NCBI GenBank assembly: GCA_964276515.1
Contig: OZ193909.1
Location: 3,162,001 to 3,226,000, forward strand
DNA: 64,000 nucleotides
Source: Gordius albopunctatus
Lineage: Eukaryota
Direction of reading: 5' to 3'
Below, piece after piece: positions 12,301-25,736 of the stretch (its first letter is position 1; every line of letters starts with the position of its first letter). Position numbers and translations under genes: made by a program. A model generated the notes under the pieces. The model ran no database searches and was not told the origin of the DNA. It saw only the letters and a program-made list of their open reading frames with translations.

Positions 12301-15300
12301 AATCCATAATTTTTTTGAAATTTATTATAATTATGGCTGAAATTTCGAAAAATGTTCTTTTTGCCCCTCCCTAAATCATGATTGCCCCCCCCCCCCCACT
12401 CAAATTCCGATGCTGGCTAAGCCCATAGGTACTATACCATAAATCGTTCCATTTAAAAAGAAACTTGCAAAATTTAAAAATAAACGAGACTCACAGATGA
12501 AAATATTCGAAACACTAGCCGAAATTTTGGAAGCATCGAAAGCCATACTAAAAAAATCCTTGTAAAATCTATTTTTTTCGTAGAGAATACTTTTAAAATC
12601 ATATATTTCGCAGTAAAACTTCTTTATTTAAATCGCTTTGTAATTTAGAAGAAATGTTTAATAATAATATTCATGATTGATATTTCTAAAAAATTCGGAT
12701 TTTTAAAAAAGTCAAATCTAAATTAACTCAAAAATAAATGATCTTGCAATTACAGGGGGTCCAAAACTTTCTATTTAAAATTTTTTCATATGAGTAAGGG
12801 ATAAAATGACCTAGGATATTGACTTTTGAAAGTTAAGTGACATTGAAAAAGGATCCTTATTGAACCATGGAAAATCTCACAATTGTGAGATTTAAAGATG
12901 AGAGTGCGAGTTGAAGTGATAATGCTATAATTTAATAAGATAAGGCCTAGTGTAAAACGAAGATTGTCTGTCATAAAAAAATAAAGTCCTTTCCATTTGA
13001 CAATTGTCGTGTTGTAAAAATTCTCATCTCGACATAAAAGTTAAGTTATTTATTATGAAAACTGAAAAATGTCTTGTCTTTCTACTTCTAAATGTGTTAA
13101 GTAGGTGTGGTGTAGACAATTTAAATGAATCACCTTTAAAATATGAGTAAATTATACCAGGAATTCACTCATTCTTTATATTAAAAAATAAAGTTCTTTT
13201 TGACTAAGTCGCCACATTTCCCACTTAAAAATTGATTCTCTCTATAAGTCAAAACCTTTGTTTAAATTTTAACATAATACTCATTAATTAACAATTAATA
13301 AAAAAACGTGGATATTAAAGGGTAGGAGAATTTTAAAAAACATATGACGGAATAGGATCATATGGAGTAGTAGTTAAAGCACATATATTATGTGGCTAAA
13401 ATTAAATGTCTAGTTAAAGATTCAAATATAATAATTACTAAGTCTGACAAAAACATTTAAAACTATATTTTTACAATGTAAAATAAAACAATTGATAAAT
13501 TAATATAAAATTCACTTGCCTGTTTAACGAACTAAAGAATTTTAGAAATGATGAGTTTGGACATAATCGTTTAGGAAAATTTTGAAATAAATAATTTACT
13601 GACCTTTACATTATACTTAGCAATAGTTTAAACATGAAAATTTAAATTTTAGGCGAAATTTTTCCAATACATTAACGAATATATTATGCTTTTGTAAATG
13701 TAATTGGTGTAAACACTGTTGTACAATGTTGGTTAAATGTTTTAGTCCACAAAAGTGAGTACATTCTAGAAAAATTATTTGTCCATTATAGGGCGGAGCA
13801 GTTATAATAGTATGTATGTAAAGGGTGAGATCGCGTTACTTTTAGCAATTTCGTTGTTAATGCTGCAGAATGACCTCTCTTTGCTCCTCATACAATGGCT
13901 GCCCACTTGTGTCATTACATAATAAATATACAGTTACCACTATGATGATGAGAGTTATTATTATAGCGCGAACCCGTTAAAAGCAAAGCATAAAAGAATG
14001 AAAAAACATTAAACCAACTTGCATTATCGCCCACAATCAAACGGGCATTAAGAATTGCGAAAGGTCCATTGATTAAAACCATTCTCTGATCCCTCTATCA
14101 CATCACCACACGTTGCATCACTTATTATGAATAAGAGGGTAATTTGACAGATTTTCAGCAATGGCGTTCATGATCCTACCTAGTAAAGTAAGAGCGGGCG
14201 GCCAAGTGTAACATTTGGTAGAGTTTAAAAGAGAGAGAGAAAGAGAGACAGGTAGGAGGTAGGGGGAGATAGAGGAGACATGTGTCAAATTGCCCTTTTA
14301 AATGACTCTTCTCTGTATGCTGCATGTGATTTACTACATAATCACACAGTTTAAATTGACATTTGACAATGTGTTCGACATCGTGTTACTCTATTCAATC
14401 AAAGAGATAGTGAGTGGGTTGAGGAGGTAATAGGTGTGATATGGATAAATTAAGAATTCCATATTACGAAAATTGTTCTGACAACTGGCAGAGGAGAGAG
14501 GTTATGTTATAAAACACTACACTGGTTGTTAACGATCACAATGCAATGAGTGTGGGTTAAGGCGGAGGAACTTCGTTTTTAAAAAAGGCAATTTTTGAGA
14601 TTAAGAGAAAGGTTAGTTAAATTGAAGATTGTTTCAATCGAAAAATATTCGCAATTCAAGAACCCAGTCTTCATGCATATAGTATTCCTTTTACCATTTT
14701 TATCTCTAAAGCTCCGATTTTTAGCAAATTTAATATACGACGAATAAACTCTCCCTAGATATATATATATATATTGCATGCAAAGTAAACGCTAGAATAG
14801 AGGACCTTGTTTATAATTAATAACCTAAATTATAATTTGTTAATCACAATATAAATAAAAAGGTACTGAAAGTGAAACACGGTCATATTCAAAGGGGGCA
14901 ACTGCACCCCATATTTATTAAATGCAAACAGCGTTAAATATTAAAAAATATATCAAATTTGTTTTAGGTGCTGCTCAAGATATATAAACATTATTGTTTT
15001 CCATTTCCCTCTTAAAGCTGATTTTGAATTAAACTTTAATGGACGTCATAACTTTTATCACAAATAAAATTAAAAATTAAATTTAAATAGTAAAAAAAAG
15101 TTTTAGACATTAAATAACGAATCTTAACATTTAGAAAAATGTCGATCTTTCTAATTCATTTGTAATTGATAATTCGTTATAAAACGTTTAAGTTATCAGT
15201 TGTTAAAACAAGCTATGAGTTTAATTTATTAAAAGAAAGTGTAGCAACCCTGGGCGTAGTCAACATTGGAATTAGAGGGGGCAATATGATTTAAGGAGGG

Positions 15301-18300
15301 GCAAAATAATCCTTTTTTGGCATTTTAGCCATAATTTTAATATATTTTTAGCTTTAGACGGGGGCAGCCCCCCCCCCTGGATACTCCCATGCTATCGATC
15401 CGTGCTTTAAAAGCAAATAAAAATTACTATATAAATTTTAAGGTAACAGCCGATTCCGATTTTTTTCGCCTATGCCATAAACTTATCCCCCCAGCTTTAA
15501 TTCTGTTCTATAAAATGAAATGTATCAACTATTAAAACACGCCATTGTTTAAAATTAACTCCATACTTGATATTGGGCCATTAGAATCAAGAATAATTGT
15601 TTTGAATTTATCTTTGTTAAAGTCTCAAAAACATTAAATTGAAGTATTTGATAATATCCACGTAATATTACATGTATCAAAATGATTGAATTTTTAATAG
15701 TAGTTAAATAATGATTGCCCGACTACTTTTAAATCTTCGAGGCAAATATTGATTTTAGTGACGAGTAGATACTTAGAGGGTTAATGTGTACACAAGGTAA
15801 GTGCCGTGATATAGGAGGTAGACCAGATCCCATCCCATCCACTCAGTTACAATTTATATTTGTGATCTAGAACAATGGACGGACGCACCAGCACAGCAGT
15901 CGTTCTTTATAAATCGATAAAGCTATGTGTATTACACGGTGTATGTGTTTGTATGTGCAAAATAAATCTCGGCATCACCTGTAGTATACACATGATGAAG
16001 CCATAAGGTTTATCTGTTGCCTGTTATATGGTTTGATAAGCGAGGGCTGGTTGCATTCGTCGCAACTGGGTCGCAAATATCGAATTTTTGAGGTTAAATT
16101 GGAACTGCTGACACCAGGCGTTGTCTTAGAGTTATTTATGAGTTTAACATGCCAAGGTCTTTGACGCTTAATAATAACCCATATTTTATGTTTTTAAAGT
16201 TAGATTTAGGGATTGAATTAAAAAGCTAATTTTATCATAAATTTTAAATTAGTATTAAGGATGCAAGTGTCTTAAGGTAAGTATAACAATAGCGCTATCC
16301 ATAGGTGCTATCACAAAGAGCCTTAATATTTCAAAAAGGTCTTTTTTATTGATAAAAACACTTCAAAGGAGTTATGCTATTTGACATTGCCTTTGGGAAA
16401 TAGGTTGCTCGCCCAAGTGAGAAGTGACATTAAACAAATAACACAATTAATTGTAAGGTTAGTAATTACGCAAGACTGGTCAAGTATTTTTACAAATGGC
16501 TTTCATTAAGCTACTCTAAACTAATGATATAAAACATTTTACATTCAGCTAATAAAAGTATATTTTTTGTGTTCAAACAACTCCATTAATACGATTTTAA
16601 GGTGTACTTTAATCGATAATCAATAATTTTTTTATGTACTTTTGGTAGGTATATATTTATAAGCATGCCTCTCACCTGTACTCAAGAGTATTATAAGTCT
16701 TGTCGTTATTAGATTTGTTAAAAAATTCCGAGTTTGTAACGAATTTATATATTGGACATCACATGGAAAAAGAGATTTGTACGCTCAATAAATTTGCAAA
16801 ATATTGATAAAGTATCAGATTTTATTTGGGTTGGTATTTTAAGATAGTACACAAAAGTATGGTCTAAAAATAAAATTTAAATAAGGCTACTGTTAATCAT
16901 TTTTAATTCAAAAATTTTGAATTTATTTGCGGGGTGCAACAAATAATGACCAAATTGACAAATATTAATTGATAAATCATCCGAATCAAAGTCTGTTTCA
17001 ATATCTAAGGGACGGTATAATGATTTTGTTGAGCTATAAAAGTATATAAATTGGGTTTGGGGGAGGTGCATTTGCCCCTTCCTGGCTAGGCCCTTTAAGA
17101 CATTATAAAACTTAAATTGTTGAAGACATTATTAGATCTGAAGAAGATTTTGTATTAAAATATATCAAGATTATACACATTCTAAGGTATAAATTGCATG
17201 GCAGTTGAAAATTACCTTATGGATCAAGTTTGAATTATAATATTTTCCAATACACTACGGGCGGATGATAATGTGTGTTTTGATCCGAGCTTTATAAAGT
17301 TTGTATAAAATAAACACTTCAATAGTTTGAGAGCTATGTTTAGGGAGGTTGAAACGGAAGATTTTATAAAAAGTCACGTCCTCGTAAAACAGCAGACAGT
17401 GATTACATTCAGAAGATTATTAATTGCGATCATAATCCAATCTTGGCGGATGTAATTTCTACGCCGTAAAGATCAAAGTAAAACGAGAATGGATGCTCTT
17501 CTAGCGACAAAGGCATCGCAAAGATCCTGTGGTATTCGAGAAAGAGTCCACATCATATTTCTTCTAACTAGGTGCTAATTGCTTTAACCCTGGTCCCTTT
17601 GGTTTAAGAACATAATTTATGGTCATGTCTTTTAGCGTGGACGCAAAATCCTATAATTAGTGTACCTATTGAAACTGTGTATATGGTAAGTGGAGGACAA
17701 CGTAGGTCGTAGCGCAGGAGACTTTCTAAATTTGTCGCATTTCTAAGCGCCAACCACGCGATAATTGTAGAGAACGAAGGTTTTTTGCGGATGGGCTGGG
17801 GTTTAAGGGAGAGAAATTTTGCGTGTGTTTCTAATGCGCCGACGACTATATGTATATATGTATGATGTAGGTAGAAAGAGAAATCGCTAATCACACAGTG
17901 GAAAAAAGATGGGTATTTGCATGTGAAGGTTTGCTCCAATCCAAGATGATACGAAGAGGTATGACTATGAGAGCGGGAGACCTCAATTATAGTCATGTTT
18001 CCACAACAATGTTTGTTGGAAAACAGAGATCCCATACAGTGGCAGAATGAAGACGTCTAATCCGCACAGTCATTTATTCCCTCATCGCACCCGGCTGATG
18101 GAGTTAGGGGTGGAATGGGAAAGTGAAAGTAACTTTTTCCCAACATTATTAAATATAGTCTCGTAACTTTTCTAATGATGAGATGTGCATGTATGTATGT
18201 AAGTAATAGTATAGTTATAATTAAAACCGGTGATCGTGGTTTTGCCTGAGGAGTGTGATTTGATTACAATGGTAAAAGCTACTTAGCGATGGATGTATCA

Positions 18301-21300
18301 TTACCCTTGATACTCGATCGGAATTTAAAATTAATACACTATTGTATAATCTAGTTGTTAAGAGTTATTATGTTAATAATAATAATAATTAGGCGAACTA
18401 CCCCAATAAGTTGTCCATGAAAAGTGATGATTTTTAATATCGGACCTCGATGTTTGGTTAAATACAATTTTAAAGTAGCTCTCAGGGTCAAATTTGAGTT
18501 AGGATGCGAGCTGGATTTCTTAATAGGATTACAAAGATTAGCTAGACGAGATTAAGGTCAATGGCGCATAGCTTTAATGCCTTAAAATGGTAATACTCTT
18601 AATGAACAAGTGGATGAATTTATATCATAGAGGTTAGGCAAATATGATGACATAGTTACTATATTATGACAATTTAAATTTATTATTTCAAATCAAATTA
18701 ATATAAATAAGTTAATATGACCGACAAGTATATTAAATTTTGTAGTCTTGCCTATTAATACAAATTGTTAAATGCTTAAATAAATAAATTCAAGGTAGTT
18801 TAGATAGTAAGGACCCCACTGATTTTTATTATTTACTTAAGTAAATTCATATTATAAGGGATAAGAAATTTAAAAGCTATAATTATGCAGGGTTGAATTT
18901 AATAACTAGTATATTTGCAAGTGTACGTCAATTCCATAAACGAAGGTGATTGTCCGACATAACTTCCAAACAGCTGTGCCTTGTCGGAGTACAAATGTCA
19001 TTTGTGTTAATGTCCATTTAAGATCCTAATCTAGAAAATAAGACAGTAACATATGACAGTAGTTGCAAGGTTGCAACTTCCTTAGCAATATCAAGATTGA
19101 CAAGCCGAGTTAAACTTAGGTTTGTTTAAATATTAGTGATATGGTGACAAGACAAATATCGCACCGGAAATCTGAAAAGTATAATATGGTAATGCCATAG
19201 CACCGATTTTATTAATAAAATTCTTGGAAAAGCCTAAAAATTATTTGAATCAACCGCTAGCATCTAACTAAGGCAATTTTGATATTCTAATTTTAGTTTT
19301 TTTTAGGAAATTTCAATTATACTAATGACATAATGAATTGAATAGAGTTTGAAATATGTTCTAGCCTTCAATATCTTATCTAATCAATAATATTTTTACA
19401 AAACTTTAATTGAAATTTTAAACAATCTCACGCAATGCCCTCAATAACCAATTTTTGTTTGAGCTTTTGCTATGATCACGTGTTAACTTGGACTAAATTA
19501 AGATGCATCCTCCGGATTACCGAGAGTAACCCGTATTATCATCTCATGTATTGTATGTTGTTAGCCCATTCATTAATGCAAAACACCTTGAACGTGGGCA
19601 GGCAAGCAACAGTCTAAGGCATAATTATAGCGAATTATTATGGCTCATTAAATAAGGCATCCTTACAATTTTAAATACCAACCTTATGGGTACTGAAGAG
19701 GGGGGTAAATTAGGAACCATTCACATTAGCGCTTAAGAAATTTCATTTCTCCTCATTTAAATATGTTAATGAGCTTAAATAATCGACTAGGGGCCGCCTT
19801 AATTATGTCAGGTTATAAATATAAACCCCCCTTTTCACCAATACTAAGCGATGTGTGATTTTGGTATAGGAGATAAAGTTTACTAAATAGGTAAATTTTT
19901 TATTGCCTACTCATAATTATGTTACAAAATGGCTAACTCCGGTTCGCCCCATACGACCGACCACGGGGCTTTATTTTAATTGTCCTCGCGCGATATATAA
20001 TTTGTTTTTATAATGGTTTTTAAATCCTTAAAATCTTATATGAAACTATGTGTGTGTGTATATATGCCGCCACCAATTTTGGAAATAACTTCCCGACCGA
20101 TTTGGCTCAAAATTTCACAGTTTATTCCTGACACTCCGGAGCATGTTTTAAAATTTGTTCGAGCCAAATCGGTCCAGTAGTTTTCGAGTATTCGTGCGCT
20201 TTGCACTGTATACGGAAATAGAACAATAGAAGTAGAACATATAGACGACATCAAACTTTATTTTTACTTCAATAACCGCTTTATCATCATATATTAGTGA
20301 TGATCAAAACCTAGGTTTTGATCAGGCAACCTGAGGGTTAAGGTTCGGGTGTTCAAAAACCTTTTACCAGGTTTTTGAATACGCGAAACTTAACCTGAGG
20401 TTGATCCCGAAAATTGACCTGAAAAACCTTCAGGTCAATTTTATCCCCAACCTGAAACCCAGGTTGACCTCAGGTTAACCTGATAAAAATCTCTTGTTTT
20501 ATGCGATAAATTTAACATATCCCAACACTTTATTTATCAAAATTTATAAACATATAGATGGCGTTATTGAGTAATATACATGTTTAACAATTAATTAAAT
20601 TTTTATATAAAAAAATCTTATTTTTTTTTATAATAATAACCAAAAACTATTTTTTCTTCATTTAAAATTGTAAATATTTAAAAAGTTTGACGCATCTTGA
20701 AAAAGGAAAATAGTTAAAGTAAAATATAAATTTATTCTTAAATTTATCGCATAAAACAAGAGATTTTTATCAGGTTAACCTGAGGTCAACCTGGGTTTCA
20801 GGTTGGGGATAAAATTGACCTGAAGGTTTTTCAGGTTGATTTTCGGGATCAACCTCAGGTTAAGTTTCGTGTGTTCAAAAACCTGGTAAGGTTTTCGAAC
20901 ACCCGAACCTAAAACCGACCTGAGGTTGGACCTCGGGAAAACCTGACCTAGGTTTTGATCATCACTATCATATATGCCCTAAAATTCCAACATAATTTAA
21001 TACACCCCCCGGGTAAATGGCAAAACAACGTTTGCCGGGTTCATCTAGTTTTAAACATATGTGCATTTTTAAATAATTACAAATTAACTAACATTGTGTG
21101 CTCAATATCATACCAAGATTCCTGTTTTAACAAGTTAATGCCTTTTGCAATTTCTTATCTATTTTGTTTGTGCTAAATATATGACAATCGCCTATGGTTT
21201 AAATTCAAGAGCAGAACAGGTCTACTTTTACTATTACACGCAAATTCTCACATATTATAAAGTTCAAAGCTAAAATATGTATATCTAATTCCTTTATATT

Positions 21301-24300
21301 TAGATTCGAGTGTTATTTGAATCAGAATATACGAACTTATAAAAATAATGTAGGAAATAGTTAATTATTACAAAAAGCGATAGATAATTTCAATTAAATT
21401 GCCTGCTACATCTAAAACCAAAAGTATATTTATTCAGGTCCATATTCAACAAGAATAAGTTAAAACACCAAAATGAGGAAAAAATTGATACAGACAAGAG
21501 TTTAATTCTATACAGTAGTGCTTAAAATAAATTGTTTATGAGGATCGCTGATAAAAGAGTGGGTCAACTCGTGGCCACTCTTAATTTTATCTACGATGAC
21601 ACTACATACATTCCATTTTAGTCTATTGTATACAATGTGTAAACTATCTCTTGAATGATATTCTTGGAAGCTTAACTGAAATTCAATGCCCCTCATAAAT
21701 GGAGTAGTTATTATTACAACATTCAACTGACCTCCATACGACTAAGGAGAGGGTTTGAAAGGCGCTGCGAATCAATTGGACCGCTTCCCATTTGGAATAG
21801 CATTCGACGTCGTTTATCTTGATCAGAATGTCACCCTCCCGCAACTGACCCTGTGCGTGCGCCAGACCTTCCTGGCAAATCTATATAACGAGATGTTAAA
21901 TTTTTAAACAAAAGTGACGCAGAGTTTTTTTAATTTTATTGTTCAATGATTTACTCAAATAGTGTTAAAATGTTAACACTGCTTTACCACCAGTATCACA
22001 AAAACTAAAACAGTGCTCTAATTTGATTTTTAAATCGAAAAAGATAGTTGAGATTGTTAGTTATATCGAATAATATTATGCATTCCCACTTCATTTAAGT
22101 TTGAATTATCGTAAATTTTATAAATAATATACGACTAATGTTATATCACATCTTGTAAGCTATTGGACTGGTGGTCAACCCGAAAACGTTACTTAATCAA
22201 GCAAAAGTACTTACTAGTAGTGTATATATATATATATAAGGTTTGTTTGTGGCTTAATTTAACAGATTTATAAATGGTGTAAATCCAAAACTTATGCTTA
22301 TTAATTAGAGGGTTCAGCGAAATACCTGAAATAAAATTGATTCGATTATCAAATACAATAATAGATTAGATGTAACTCCAAATCTATAATCGCCAATATA
22401 AATGGGTATTAAAATACTTTAAAATTCGGTATTAACACACTCTAATTACCTTGTTCAGTTTGGACACACTGCTTATTTTTTAATGTTTTCAAAGGTCTAA
22501 ACAGCAAATAGACTGTCTTAATTTAGAGCTGGATTGATTATTTTTTATAAATGTAATTGAGAACAAGGATGAATATTATGAGAATGGGTAAAACAAAAGA
22601 AAATAACTCAAAAGCCTTTGGAAATTACTATTACACGTTTTTTAGTTCATTTTGAACATAACTATTTATATTTAAACCTCTTTCTTCTTACAAACTTAAA
22701 AAATTTAACGTGCACGAAACTTTAAATTGTGTATAAAAATATACTTATATAAAGGATTATTTTAAAAAGAGCACAGATTGCTTGATATATTTTAAATGGA
22801 TCTTGTTGTTTAAAAGGGGTGCAATGAATTGAATGGTTTTGATGACTGGTCTGGAGATAATTTAAATTAAACACTTGACCTATAAGATTGGCTCTAGGAC
22901 AAAATTAACGTCTTTTTAAGATATAACACAGATGAGGAGTAATGATGCAGGTCAGCATTATTGTCAATGGACAGTCATAAATTAAGTAAGGGTTTCTTAT
23001 ACGGTTTATATTTTATTTTTTAGATAACTTACACTAATTTATTTGCGCAGTTATACCTATTCGTAATGCCGAGTTTTAATTAATTATTAATTAATATTCT
23101 TTTAATTATTTTCATATTATATAAGGACATGGGCATAGCCAGCATTGGAATCAGAGGTAGGCAATAGGATCAAGGAAGGGGCAAAATGATCATTTTTTAA
23201 AAATTTAGCCACAATTCTAATAAATTTCAACAAATTTTTGGATTTAGAGGGGGGAAGCTGCCCCTCCACCCCCCCTTGGCTAAACCTAACATTTAAAAAC
23301 AAACTGAGCCTTTATTTTCCACATTATTTTAGGAATAATATTATAATCTAAAGCAATGTTCATGTCTTTCAAATACTATATTTACTTTTAACTTAAACTA
23401 ATATATTTTTTAATTTTTTTAAATATTATTTTAAAGAAAAGTAATGATGTTTTTCCAAATTTTATTAGTACTAAATTAGGCCGTGTGTATATACTTTCCA
23501 ACGACAATTGCAAATATTTCGGACTTTACTATGTATCTCCTCTTCAATAAAAATTCAATGAACCGAATACACTCAACTGAACCCTCGATATCCATCCCTG
23601 ACAAATTTACCACCAAATTGCCCTTGAGAGATAATTATGTGCATCCACACTACCTTCGTACTAGCGGGGAAAAGGTATAAGTAAAAAAGCACAAACACAC
23701 TAAGGGGATTATGGGGGATGCCTGACTGTAAAGGTGTTTAAAAGGGACATGGTGGGGACAATACCTTCAGATGTACCTATTTTAGTGAGGAATTTTCGTT
23801 CTTTACCGCAAAAGTGACGAAGTCAAATTCTGACAATGCATTCCACCATTATGGTGAAATGATAATTCCATTTCGATCTTCATGGCTCTATGAAGCTTTT
23901 CGAGATTTATTACAGATGAAAGGAGAGGAATGTGTCAACGAATATCATGACGTAGGAATTTGGTGACAATAAAATAATTGTACTAGACCGTGGAGTTGGG
24001 AATATAAAAGAAAAGATAATTTAAAATTTATCCTCGAATTCATGAGCGTAAGCCTGCCGGGGGGGGGGGGGGGGGTCAGAAAAGGGTGGCTGCTCCCTCT
24101 CAGTCCAAATTTTTATTGAAATTTCTCAAAAATATGGCTAAAATTTTGAAAAATGTTCATTTTTCCCCTCCCTAAATCAATATTGCCCCACTCTAATTCC
24201 AATTAATTTAAAATTAGAACCAACTAAACTTGTAACTATTATTGCACAAATTTAACATATGTTTTAATAAACTTAAAGGCAGATAATTTATCAAATTTTA

Positions 24301-25736
24301 AAACAAGATATTTTTTAATTTTGCAAAAATATTTCTAAATTCGTTGACAGTTGAATTTTTTTGCCGACGGCGCATGCCACAATAGGGGACGGGGGAGGGA
24401 AAGTAAATTGCATTTCGCTTTTCTGAAAAAACATTTATTAAAACACCGCAAAACACTCTCGACCAAATAAGTTACGCTTGACCGATAAAATGAAAAAGAG
24501 TTTCTTCAAAGACGAAAGTAAAAGTGTTTTTCAAGCTGTGTCGCTACGAAGAATGATACAAAAAACGTGTTTTTTTTAATTTTAGCCATAATTATAATAA
24601 ATTTCAACAAATTTTTTAATTGGGGGGGGGGGCAGCCGCCCCTCCCTGATAGAAAATAAGGGGTTTTAAGGATGAAAAGATTTAAATTATATTGCACGTA
24701 AAAATATTTGGAAATAAAGAGTGCTATTAAAGATTATGTTTTCAGTGTTTTACGGGACCTGGAAGCCGTTACATGTTTCATGAGAATTGTTTGAAAAATT
24801 TTAGTGTTTCCGTTCGTGATAAAACAGGAAATTTTATTAAGTTAGCTTCCCGTAATACAAAGATGACTTTTTAATTGGTTTTAAAGTTCTAACAAACGCA
24901 GCTTTTATCTAAAAATTCTAAGAATTATATTAAGATGATATTTATAATACGTTACCTTAATATGCATTATACTTGCTTCATAAACTATTTTTTAGATCTT
25001 ATACAATAAAAAAATCAATTTGTACACTAATTTTTTGTACGTGGATGTTATCACTTTTATTAAATAAGTGTGTATTATTGTAATTCATCATTAAACAATA
25101 CGGAAGAAATTTATATTATTAAGAAAAATAACGTCAACATTTTGACTGTGATGTTGAAATAATGTTAAATAATGTTCAATCATTATACAATTTTTAAGAG
25201 ATTTTATTGAAAAATATGAATTATATCTAAAGCCAATTTCTATTAGACGATACTCTAGGAATGTTTAAAATAAGACTTAGATGTCGATTTTTATATAAAC
25301 ATAAGATCTCACATATAAATAAATCTACAAGTAATAATTGTTAATAAATATCTTTAAACTACCATGCTAAATGTTTTTAAGGGTAGAAAATGAGGGAATA
25401 AAAAAAATATTCAATGTATTGATTGGCAGCAACTATCGATACTATATGTATCTACCGGTGTAAAAAAACTGACTACCCAAAGAGGTTACTGTTAAATATT
25501 TTAAGGGAACACAATTGATGATTTTTACTCTAAAATTACAAAATAATTAGGGGAACCCAAATATTAGTTCAAAGAGTTACAATCGAAACAGTGGATGACA
25601 CTATTATGGTTTGGCATACCTTTGAAATATACAGGAATGAATTAGATTCCGTTCCACCTTTAATAGAGAATCCCCAAGGACCTCCCCCTTTGAGTACTAG
25701 CTCCAGCGCGCAACCCACACTTTCTCCTTCATCCAT
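3363..25736 (-). CDS. shroom: Shroom-like protein with N-terminal PDZ domain (spliced, probably 3'-incomplete in this window)
   Basis: Phase-consistent GT-AG exons 25736-25620, 21880-21732, 11401-11174, 6459-5748, 5640-4276, 4007-3363 (1072 codons, open throughout; the last three contain the ORF-track ORFs 5715-6425, 4270-5370, 3333-3929). An in-frame TAA precedes the ATG. Exons 1-2 give LELVLKGGGPWGFSIKGGTESNSFLYISK|ICQEGLAHAQGQLREGDILIKINDVECYSKWEAVQLIRSAFQTLSLVVWR, which resembles the Shroom2/3/4 PDZ (GGAPWGFTLKGG...GDEIV.IN...EA..LVK.S..TL.LVV). The rest is Ser/Lys/Asn-rich low-complexity sequence. The diagnostic C-terminal ASD2 domain is not in the window, so the symbol is tentative; the frame could alternatively stop at 3333 or 4270. 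Confidence 0.7.
7374..7896 (+). repeat. Array of a ~32-bp self-complementary motif CTGACCAATG(A)nTGACCATTGGCCAA with larger internal duplications
   Basis: Copies at 7374, 7686, 7783, 7865 and a partial copy at 9848-9870; ~7265-7405 is duplicated at ~7578-7716. Confidence 0.85.
7971..8337 (+). pseudogene. Serpin (serine protease inhibitor) gene fragment, frameshifted, intronless
   Basis: Translates to KFVKDLEKYYAAQTESLNFEEENVETARNIINTWLLDQT /frameshift ~8190/ LIDRVLSAPVPNSLNRMLLLNVFDFNAKWEVPFKKSLT, matching the serpin core pattern F..L..YY.A....L.F....A...IN.W....T...I..L......LLN...F...W..PF....T. The N-terminus and the reactive-centre loop are absent. Confidence 0.85.
10303..10505. mobile_element. 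hAT-type MITE family A (203 bp)
   Basis: ~35-bp TIRs TAGAGTT(T/G)TTAAATTGCTAACTTTCTTCAA(A)CTCCAG; 8-bp TSD GCTATTAT (10295-10302 and 10506-10513); near-identical copy at 50532. Confidence 0.92.
12254..12427. mobile_element. High-copy ~150-175 bp MITE family B (TIR CATGGGCGTAGCCAG), representative copy
   Basis: Shared core GGGGCAATAATGATTTAGGGAGGGGC...TTTAGCCATAATT...GGATTTAGAGGGG. Other full or partial copies at about 15249, 23128, 24041, 24575, 31272, 32105, 34160, 37705, 39095, 49049, 49809, 51174, 54690, 55123, 59500. Confidence 0.85.
20034..21048 (+). mobile_element. Non-autonomous Helitron (interrupted by a MITE)
   Basis: Starts TC after host A, ends CTAG before host T, subterminal hairpin GGCAAA-ACAACG-TTTGCC; homologous ends at 46295-47189. 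Confidence 0.85.
20295..20967. mobile_element. hAT-type foldback MITE (673 bp) nested in a Helitron
   Basis: TIR TAGTGATGATCAAAACCTAGGT; long inverted arms (about 20340-20512 versus 20740-20910); 8-bp TSD TCATATAT (20287-20294 and 20968-20975); single-copy empty site in the Helitron copy at ~47110. Confidence 0.93.

Noticed and set aside
17604..18035. 143-aa minus-strand ORF
   Set aside because: No recognisable domain, atypical composition, and not needed for phase continuity of the Shroom-like model.
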